Shown piece by piece: positions 53,236 through 64,000 of a stretch of 64,000 bases of DNA. The DNA comes from a virus (taxonomy: Duplodnaviria; Caudoviricetes): the IMG/VR virus record IMGVR_UViG_2974731583_000001, positions 1 to 64,000 of that record. The stretch is one strand, 5' to 3'. The notes below the pieces were generated by a model. It saw only the letters and a program-made list of their open reading frames with translations, was not told the origin of the DNA and searched no databases. The number at the start of each line of letters is the position of its first letter. Within the stretch, counting starts at the first letter, position 1. The translations under genes were made by a program, and so were the position numbers.

Positions 53236-56200
53236 ATGAGTAATATACAAACACCATTAAGGCCTGTGAGTAAGATAAACTTTGCAGGCCTTGATAAACC
53301 TTCGTATACAGAACAAACCTATTTTGGACAGCGTGCATTATCTGCAAAAAGACAATATGACGAGCGTAAGAAGGCTAAGGAAAAAGAAAAGGCAGAAAGA
53401 ATTGCTGCCGATAATGCGCGTATAAAAAGAAATAGGGAAATACAGCGTCGTAGATACGAACGGGAAAAACAAGAAAGCTTACAGCGTAGACGTAAGTGGG
53501 AGTTAGAAAACGAACAGGAAAAAAGAAACGCCGATGACCTATATAATAAACAAGTTACCAGTTGGATTGACAACCAGTTTAAGAAGGTAAATATCGATCC
53601 AAATGGTGTTATAGGTAACATTGCAAAATTCGTAGGAATTAGAAACAAGCTAGCCCTCGTAGCTGAACTTAAAAACGCTATTGGATCTCTTGCAGAAAGT
53701 AGTATAGAAGTAAACGGAGAGACAATATTTGGTAAGAAAACAGAGGCAGAGTTGAAAATAAAAGCTGCACAAGCGCACGATAAACTTGTAAACACTCGCA
53801 AGCAGTATAAAGATATTACAGACCAAATTCAAAATTTTGAGGCACAATATCTAAAACACCAAGATTATATAAACAATCACAAAGACGACCCTTCTGTAAA
53901 AAGTATTCTAGAACAGAGAAATTTGTTACATCAGACTCAGCAGGAATTGAAACAGCAATTAAACGATCCTACACTTGTTGGATTAGACGATTCATACAAA
54001 GAGTTTTATGTAAAAAATAAGCGTGGCATTGTGGGTAATTTGTGGGAACTTGCAAAGCAGGCGACAGATCCAATATTAAAGGGGTGGAATCCACAGAGAC
54101 TTAGACAGTATTATAAAAACAAAGTCGATGAAGAATACAACAACTACCTTGGAGAGGATATGTCTAAAAATCCAAAAGATCACCAAGAAGTAGAGCGCAG
54201 TAATACAAAAAGCATGATCAAACAAGCAAACGCAGAAATAGCCGTTTTGCAAAAAGATTATGAAGATAATAGAAATCATTTACGAGAAAGCAAACGCTTC
54301 TGGGATGTGATGAACGGATACAAAAAGGAAACAGAAGCACATCAAAATGACCCTTTGTATAATCCATTATATTGGCGATATGAAATGGCTCCAATGATTG
54401 GTAGCTCAATGTCGTCACCATCTCAAGCAGCAGGAACTATACTTAAAACAGCAGCTACGGTAGGAGGAACATTACTTGCTCCGTATACTGGTGGTACTAG
54501 TTTAGCTGCATTGCCTGTATCTGAAATAGCAGCTACCCCATTAGAAATAGCTGGCGGATTTGATGAAAACTATGCTGAAATTGCAACAAGACGTGCTGAA
54601 AACGTACAAGCATTACTTAAAGATGATCTGACAAAAACAGCAACAGCTGCTCAAAAAGGATATGACAGTACAATTAGCGAATTAAAAAAGAGAGACGCCG
54701 AATATTGGAAATCACAAGGATGGTCAGATAAAGAAATAAAAGATTATCTTGAAGGAGATGAAGGAGATAAAAACGCAATACGCGATCATTTAATGGGATT
54801 TACTTCGTCTGGTAAATTTAAGCCATACAACAACCCACAATTCCAAGATGCGGTTTTAAACTCTATGCAAGGCCTGCAGGCACAATTCCAAGGAGATAAT
54901 GCTCGTACTATGTATGACATTGCATTCCAAAAGATATTACTTGCAGCAGCCCCGCTAAAGTGGTTAAAGTCTTACGGCATTACTAAAAAAGCAGGTAGTA
55001 CTGTTAAAGCTGCTATTTCTAATACAAAGAATGCAATATCAAAGGCAAAAGGTGCATACCTTGAAAAATACGGAACAAAAGAACAGAAGGTTGCATCAAT
55101 GCTCGGCAAGAATATAGACGACTATGAAACTTCTTCTATTGCAAAAGCTGCCGCTAAACCATATAATGCTCCGACAGAAGCTGCAGCAGAAACTACAGTT
55201 TCTAAATATAGAAATGGTTTTAGAAAACCACAATATACAACTAAAGACGCTGTAAAAAAAGGATGGAACATTGGTTCTGAAGTTGGAGAAATGACCGGAA
55301 CTGGTGTTGTAGGACACATGGCAGGAGGAGCTCTTGGTGTTGCTGTCGGTACTGCAGGAAGAGGTGCTGTACAATTAGCAAAAAAGATGTTGCCTGCAAG
55401 AACTGCTGCCGCTCTCGAATCTATTGCAGACAAAGCTGTAATGAAATATCATACAGTACTAAATGCAATATATGGTAATGCGCCTCTTCGAAGAACACTT
55501 ACTAAATATGGTCTAAAGACACTTGGATCTCAATCTGCTGTTGCATTAAATGAATCATACGAAGAAGCTGTTCAGTCTTTAAATAGTAAAAAAGACTTTG
55601 GTTCTGAATATGGATTTGCTGGTGGAGATTTAGGTTCTCTTTTAATAAACGACGCTGCACAAGGAGGTAGAGTGTTTGACGCATATATGGCAATGCTTGG
55701 TATTGGCGAATCACCTTTAGCGAACGACATGGACTTTTTAGCAGAGGCTCGTGGTGGTGCAGCTCTTGGTTTCTTTGGATTAGGAAACGTTACGTCTGTG
55801 GTAAATGTTGGAACATCTATCAACGACGTATATAAAGAATATCAAACAAATAAGTTGTTATATACTCCGGCGATATTAAACCGCGAATATAGTAAAAAGA
55901 GTAGAGCAGCAAACGCTATATTTGCAAAAATGGCAATGCGCGGAAATTCACAACACGTTATGGAGGCTATCGAGGACATGGAGAATAGGGATCGTTATAG
56001 TGAAGATCCTACATATTCTCAAGAAGATTACGACGAGCGCAAACAAGAAATACGCCGCGTAATGAGCATGACCAATGATACAAACATTAGAAAACTAATG
56101 GAGCAAAACGGTATTAAATATAATACTGATGAATATGCCACTGCAATTGCTGATTTAGCAAACATTGATGAAGCCAGACGCGATAACAACAAGCAAAGAA

Positions 56201-59200
56201 AGGATGTAGATTCACGTATATAGAATATACTTGCTAGTGATGTATTTAAGAATGCTATCGATCAATACATAGATAAAAACGTATACAATGCTCCAGAATT
56301 AGAAAGACAGCGTATTGAAGCTTCTGCACAGAAAGAGCTCCACGATCGTTTTATAAATCGAATAGAACAGGCAGAAGAGTAGGTTATGCGAAAACTTCTA
56401 AAGGTAGAAGATGGTCAACCATTAGATAAAAACAGCAGTGAGTATCGCAAAATGCGTAGATCATCTACATTTACTAGAAGGATGTATGAGCACTCTAGAG
56501 AGATTAAGCAGTCTTGGGAAGATGAAAAGGCTAACATAAATAAAACACTAGATACAAACTTCCGCAGATATACTGTAGATAAAATAGCACTTGCTTCTGA
56601 ATTGCGCGCACTGTTACGTTTAAAAAACAGGCATAATAAGATAGATTCTTTCTTTAATATGCTGCAAGACAGATTTAATTTAAAGGCACAGCGCCCAGAT
56701 GCAGCTACTATTAGACAGAGCATAAACGAAAGAATTGATTTACTTAAGCACAAATTATCTGATGTTGTTAGTCAAACAGTAGATGAATTTGACACGGGAC
56801 TTTCTGATACCGATATGCTAAAGCATATAGAATCTATGGATATAGCTTATGAAAACAGCGAACTCGATGATCTGTTTGCCCATAGAGCGATGTTAGACGC
56901 GGATAAAAAAGTCACAGATAAATACTATAACACGTTTACAGACGGAATTGTATATCATGAAGGAAAACCTGTATACAATCCAACGCAACGAAAAAAAGAA
57001 GATGAGCTGGATAAAAAAATAAAGACGGCAACAAATTCTGGAAACCTAGAACAGGCTCTTAATTTAATTAAACAAAGAAACGAATTAGAGTATGATTCTG
57101 AAGGAGAGGTAAAAGAAAGACAATCATCAAAAGCTTTACGTAGAGTGCGTGCTATAATGCAGGCAGAACAGGATAACAACGCTATCGACCACGCAATAAA
57201 CGATATTGCCAGCGGAGACTTTGTTACAAAGCTATATGAAACTTTCGAAGAGGAAGAGATTGCTGCAAACGCTAAAGCAAATTCAAACGATCTTGTATCT
57301 GATGATGACATTACACGTGTTGAAACTGCTACTCCTTCTACACAAGAAACGAGTACTTCTCAAACAAATGATCGTACATATAGATTGACAGAAGACGAGA
57401 AAAAACAGGCAAAGTCTAGAGCATTTAAGATGAAGCGTAGTAGACTTTTGAACAATATGCAAAACTCTATTAAAGACCTGTATAAAAAGTTTGGGGGTAA
57501 CGCGTACATTGGATTATCTCCAGAACAACTTGCTTCGTTTGTTGCTGTTACTGCTAAAAATGCATTACTTTCTTCTGAATATATACTTTCTTATGCTACA
57601 CAAGGATTAGATAAGATAGATGAGGTTCTAGACAAAAACACATTTGTAAAAAATGCTCTAGAGTATATTAAAACAAAAGCTTCTAGTAGAGATCAAGCTA
57701 TATTAAACAAACTGTTTGGTACAGACGATAACAAAAAGCAAGAAGTTCTTACTAAAATATTAGAAGAAATGCATCCAACTTACGCAGAACAAGTAAAAGA
57801 TGTACTGTTGGAAAGTATGGATGATACTACAGGAAGTACCGATGTTATAGTAAACGATACAGATAAAAACAACAATAAGTTTAATTATGACGATCTTCGT
57901 ACAAACCTAGAAAAAGATTAGGAGAACGTTGATGAAGATGTATCTGGTTACTTTGATGTAGTGACAAAAGGAGATGGCAACATATATCCAAATAGATTTG
58001 CGCTAAATAACCATACAAAAGAAGTTAGTGGTATAAGAGATGCATTTATTGAAGCCCGTAAACAAAGTGATAAATTTAATGACACAGCATCTGCATCAAA
58101 TGCGTTTATAAACTATCTGTTAAATGATAAAAGTATTACTGCAATATCTAGATCCGAACGCAACAATATAACAGATCAATAGTTTAAATAGTTTGTCGGT
58201 TCATATTTTAAATATAAAGATATACAGGGTATAGAAGACGTTTTTACAAGAGCTTTACTGTCGCTTGCTGAAACTACTACGAAGAACGATAATAATAGAA
58301 ACACGCTAAAAGTTGCGGATGATGTTAAAAACGCGATATGTTCGGCACTGTCTTTAAAATCTCCAAACGATGCTTTAAAATACAGTCTCGACCAGGTATT
58401 TAAATATGAGCATAGTGATTAGTACATTTCTGAAATTGCCACACAAGTTAAAAATGTTGAAAAATGGATTGAGCAGCAAGGATATTCTTTAATAGATGTT
58501 TATAAAAACAACATTTATGGTTTTGTTGATGGTATCGCAACTTCTTGTATGTTAGATATACTTGCTGTAAATGAAGACGGCGATGCTATATTGATAGACG
58601 TTTATGTAACAAAAGGAGATTTAACTTTAAACAAGCTCCCGTTGGTCAGAACTGAAGAAATGCTTTCTGAGTGTGAGAAAATATTACAACAGAATTATGG
58701 CATTCGTAACGTAACTAAATATATATTACCTTTACACAGAACTTCAGTAGATATTTCTTTTTCTGGTAATACAGCAAAAGACAATATAATACCTGTTTCT
58801 GAAAATGCACAGCAGAACGAAGATCTGAGTTCGTATAAAGTAACTGCGAAAAATTTAGTAAATGCGATAAATGAAACAATTGATAAAATCAATAGTTCAT
58901 TGACCGATAAATCTAAAACCATTGCTTATGAAATGCTCGATGAGCAACCGGGCAAAAAAGAGTATAAAAATTATATAGACACTCTACAAAAGAGACTGAC
59001 TCAAGTACAAAACGACCTATCTAATAAGATTGGAAAAGAAGAAGAGGTTCGTCTTGCACAAGAAGAGGTTCTTCATGAAACAGTAGATCGGGCTGATGCA
59101 ACAGAATTTTATTCTATATTGCCGTATTTATTGGAGTACGGTGACGATTTAGACTCTCACGGAAAAGAATATCAGTTGGTTGCAAACGCGTGTGCACAGT

Positions 59201-62200
59201 TAGATTATATGGTCGATCGCGTTAAAAACTATAAGATTTCTTCAAACGCAAGTGGAGAAAAGCTATAGGAATACCACAAACTAATTGAAGATTTTGTATC
59301 TAGACTGCATTATGCACAGAAGTTAGTAAACAGATATATATATCACACTCTTCCTGCTAGCAATCAACAGGACATGACTTAGGAGTTGCGATTGATTTAT
59401 AACGCAATCATAATACTAAAAGACCTTCAGCATAAAAAAAATACTGGCCTTAGTAATAAAGTTCCATATTTCTTGATGGATACAACTTTTATTAATCTTG
59501 GAAACATACTTGGTAGTTATGTAAGAGATTCTAAAAGTGGACAACATATGTATTCAATACCAAACTCAATAAACATAATGAATGCATATACAGTATAGCT
59601 GGAAATATATATCGAACAGTTTGAAGATATGACTGAAGAAGATTTCTCTGAAAACTTCGGTGAGTCTAGAGAAATGTTTGAGTTTTATGGGTCTGTTATG
59701 AACCATAACGTAAAACAGTGTTTGGACAATGCTACGCTTTGCCTTACAGAAGCAAGTAAAATGAATTTAGATAGAGATTCAGTATTTGCATCGTCTTATC
59801 GAGATTTACAACGCACTTTACCAATATTACAGAATATATATGAAAGATTTACCGGAGAAAGAGGAATGTTTCATAATGTAGACGATCCGTGGTATTAGGA
59901 AGCGCAAGCCGATATAAATGAGATAAATGCACTTGTTCCAGATGGTTATAACTTAAAACAATATACAGATCCTAGATCTCCATATGGAGCGTTCTATCCA
60001 GATATTTTTGCAATGCAGAAAGGTTCGTGGCAACATATGTCTAAATATCCAGACTTATTAGACGATGTAGAAATTGTTGGAGAACGTTATGTTAGAGATC
60101 CAAAAGCTAAGCCTACAACAAATAAAACTATAATACAGCTGTTCCGTAAAAAAGACGGAACTTTATGCTTATATATAGAATATAATAAGGCTAAAGATAA
60201 AACTACAGGAGAGCCACAAAAGCAGTTTGCGTATTTACCATTTACAGAATCTTTAGTAACGCCAGACGGTGTAAAAAGAAGTGGTATATCAGAAAAGGGA
60301 ATGGAAAACCTTGAGATACATGACGAAGCTATAAGAAGATTGGTTCAGTATATAAAAATTCCGTTGGATTATGTAATAAAAAATCCGGCATACGTTCTTT
60401 CATTTTCTGTAGATTTGGATAGAGGAACTATTACGTATGATGGAGATAATTTTCACCCTATAACAGAATTTGCATTTGCTGACAAAGAAAATGATCACAA
60501 CTTGTTTGATATACAAGTTGGAACAGAACATAGAATTGGTTTTGTATCTCAATTCAAATAGGGCGAATTTAGTAAAAAATATACTATTACTGGTACAGAT
60601 TTAAAATCGTCTATTGGTTTTAGTATAAACAACACGGAGGCAGACAATCGAGGAATAATGAACGGTAACTTGGTGTATTTCTATGCATATGATAAGAACC
60701 CAAAACACCACATTCCATTGAAGATAGAAAACGCAAAAGCTGCACCGTTTGCAGAATTTATTGCAACCCTTGTAGGAAATATGGCTTCTGGCGATGAACG
60801 GACAAAAGAAGGATTCAAAATAGCCGATTTGTTGGATATGTTGATATATACCAAAGAACACACTCTCGACGTTGGATATGGAGACGGTGTTGTTCAGTTG
60901 AATGGTGAACGTTTTGAAAACATAAACAACGATATGGTACAAAGAAAGGCGTTCATAGAAGCTGTTTCTAAATTATATACTACCGTTACTGCAGAAATTG
61001 CAAACAGACGTCTTGGAGATCTTGCAAAAGAATCTGGTAAAATATACAGCAAAATTTATTAGCTTTTAAAGAGAAGCGGTAAAAACGAAATACAACTTCC
61101 AAACGGTCTTACTTTTACAGTAGATGACTTTGAACACGATGGACATGGTTCTACAGTTTTGGGATATATGTTCAGAAACAACCTGCTTGGTACAAGTGCT
61201 GTAGGAAGTGGTTATAGACAGTTGTATATAAAAGATATCAAGTTAGTTAAAGCTGCTGATATCAATAAGCCTGTAATAAAACCAAACGTTCAAGAAGAAA
61301 TATCTGATGTTGCTAGTGGAAGCGATTTGGACTTTTTGTTTATGACAACCAAGTCCGCAGAAGGAAAGATTGTAAATCGAACAAAAGAAGAAGTATCTGA
61401 GTACGAAAAACTTGCAAAACAATATTTTAAACAAGTGTTTGGAGACGATGCTGGTGTAATGGTGTCTAGAGAAAATACAATATTTTTACGTACTGCTACA
61501 GAAACTCTTAGTGTTCTTGGATATTGTACATCTAAGCTTGCAGTATTATCACAACACGCTCCAGAAGAAGCAATTTGGCACGAGGCTTTCCACAGATTGA
61601 TGGAGCTTGTATTGCCAGCAAACGTGCGAGACGAGTTTTATGAAAGATATAAAGCCAAATTTGGTAACAATCTTACGGATGTAGAAGTAGCAGAAGGCCT
61701 TACTGACCTTTTTGTAAACTATAGACACAAGTTAACTACACAAGGATCTACCAAATGGTATACAAAACTATTAAAGTGGTTTAAAGTAATTAGCGCTCAG
61801 ATAGATTTAACAAAGCAAGTAGGTTTTAGAAATGCATTAAAGCTTGGAACACTGTACTATAAGTTTGAACGTGGAAAATATAAGGGTGCCAACATAGCAA
61901 AAGAAAATATAGAAAGATTTGTTAAAAAGTTTGGTGACGAGTTGCACTATGAATACAACGGAGTAAAGCTCAATAATTTCTCTACTTCAGACGATATGCA
62001 TCAAATGGCGAAAGCGCTTTCATATTATATTGTAAGTAGTATTTAGCGAAACGATCCATATGTAAACTTTAGCGTTACTGTAGATGATATGGTACTCAAT
62101 CATATACCAGAAAAGACAAGACGTCAACTTATGGAATACGGTAATAACTCTTCAACACCAGAAAAGTTTGCTGATGTAAGAGCCGCATATAAAGAGATTT

Positions 62201-64000
62201 TTGAGTCTGCAGAACGTGTAAAAAAGGGTAAGGATGGAAAAGAGATAACCGAAACATATTATCCTAAGTTTGTTGCTATACAGCGAGAAGTTGCAAACAA
62301 TATAGCAGCCCTTACTGGAGATTATGAAGAAAAATTTGACATAGAGAATACAGTAAGTGATGGCTATGAGGAAGATGAACAAGGAAAGCATATCGATAAG
62401 TTTGATTCTAGTGCATACGAGTTTAACCGTTTGTCAAAAGCTGGAAAAAAAGTAAAGATGTTTTTGGCTACTATTCCTTATATGCAGAAAACAGACGGAC
62501 CCAGCGGTATAGGATTTGTATTTACAAAAAATAAATACCTTTCTCCACAATATATTCCAATGCAACAGGTGTTCAACGATCTTGTTGAAAATCTTAATTA
62601 CTGTACTAGTGTAGAAGAATTTGAAGATGGTCTTAAACGATTAGCAGAAATAAAACCAGAGTATAAGTATATCTTAGGAAAATACTCTAAACTGCTTGAT
62701 GAAGCTTACGGTAAAAACAGAAATAGAAAAGCTATACGATATTCAGCAGAAGCATTGGCTATTTAGATACTGTTAACTGTCCGTAGTCAAAAGATAGATT
62801 TCATATATACGTTAGGATAGGATGATACAAGACCTGGTGAAAAGCGCAATAAAAGAGCTAAGCTAATGATAAAGCATTCAAACTCTGATAGAGACAGAAC
62901 AAGATATGCATCTTCGTGGCAGAACTTTTTAAAGACTGGTCAGTCTGGTATGATAAGTCCTATACAAACAGGAGGAATTCTTAGATTTAGCGACGCTTTT
63001 GTACGTATTGCAGCAAATAAAAACCCATTCTAGGCAATTGCTGATGAATTACAGCAAATATCTAAATTTGTTAACATTGGAGAAAACGAAGTTTCATATA
63101 CTACGTTCGATGGACAACAAGTTAGATATAATAGAAATAGTGCAGTTTCTATGAGAGCTCTAAAAAACAGAGCTATACTTCTGATGAACTACCTTGGTAT
63201 TCAAATAAATATTGATTCTTTAAATGACTATATTAACAGTAGACTCACAAACAATTTAAGATTAGATGTAGAAGTAGACGAAGCTGGTGTGATTGGAAAA
63301 TGGTTAAGTGATGCGAACGCATAGGTATTTTATACAAACATTGCAAAGTTTGCAAAACAAAGCGACGATGGCAGTTGGAAAATATCTGTAAATGGGATTA
63401 ACGCAGAAGAAAACCTATATTCAAAAAGCAGTTTTGTTCAAAACACAGCAAACTGGCATTCAGATTGGTATAGAAAATGTCATTCGCAAATGTCTTATGG
63501 ATTCAATAGTAAAAAATTATATGAAATATCTCAAAACAGTGGAATATCTCATATATTAAAGCAAGTAAATTCTTGTGACGAAACAAACGAATATTTAAAT
63601 ACTCAATGTGGATTTAATTACAACTTGTCAAAAGACGAAAACGGAAGAGAAATTGGATCTTTAATTTTTAAGAACCGTAAGCATAATAAAATACACGCAA
63701 TGACATATATTGGCTCAAAGGGTAATATGCGCGGAGATAAAGGAACAGAGTATTCTAAACAAACCTTTGTTGATGACTATTATACTAAACTTGAAGCTTT
63801 GTCAGAAGGATATTTTGTATTTCCAACTCTTTCCGATAAGAGTACTTATTTAATGTTGAGCGGAATAGATTTTCCAGGACTACATTGGACAAATAAATAT
63901 GGTGCTCCATTACAAGAAATGATGCTTCCTAGTAAAGAATTCGGAGGACTTTCTTATGACTTTATTATGTTAGATGAACAGTCTGGAGATAAGTATCGTG
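53236..64000 (+). CDS. Giant virion cargo polyprotein (>3,580 aa, runs off the window), probably containing or leading into the virion RNA polymerase
   Basis: All long plus-strand pieces from 53236 to 62089 share one frame interrupted only by TAG. It has a zincin WHEAFH near 61576, a degenerate PD-(D/E)xK-like segment near 58550 and FPTLSDKST near 63820. Confidence 0.75.

Noticed and set aside
13412-64000. Fragmented late genes read as pseudogenes or a decayed prophage
   Set aside because: The breaks are almost all in-frame TAG, with no TAA/TGA or frameshifts apart from one site at ~50690, and a CUA tRNA is present.

Overview
This window is part of a crAss-like (Crassvirales-type) Bacteroidetes phage genome that reads TAG as a sense codon, most likely Gln (translation table 15). 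The standard-code ORF track therefore fragments most late genes. With TAG read through, they join into full-length terminase, portal, GH108 endolysin, holin, spanin-like, muzzle/tail and cargo genes, plus a giant (>3,500 aa) putative virion RNA polymerase gene. An amber-suppressor tRNA (anticodon CUA) lies at 12606-12678. The leftward arm (1-8.4 kb) holds small hypothetical genes and is unusually rich in structured RNA: tRNA(CAU), a circularly permuted two-piece tmRNA with an intact tag frame, and a tRNA-like element with a 4-nt anticodon loop. It also holds two hammerhead ribozymes, five covarying TTGRCA-hairpin repeats and a family of interrupted GNRA-capped terminator-like hairpins. A cluster of GNA-triloop DNA mini-hairpins at 8.6-8.8 kb and a TGCAACCAA-N14/15-CGTTA motif are promoter candidates. 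Product calls rest on motifs I recognise and on gene order; no database searches were run.
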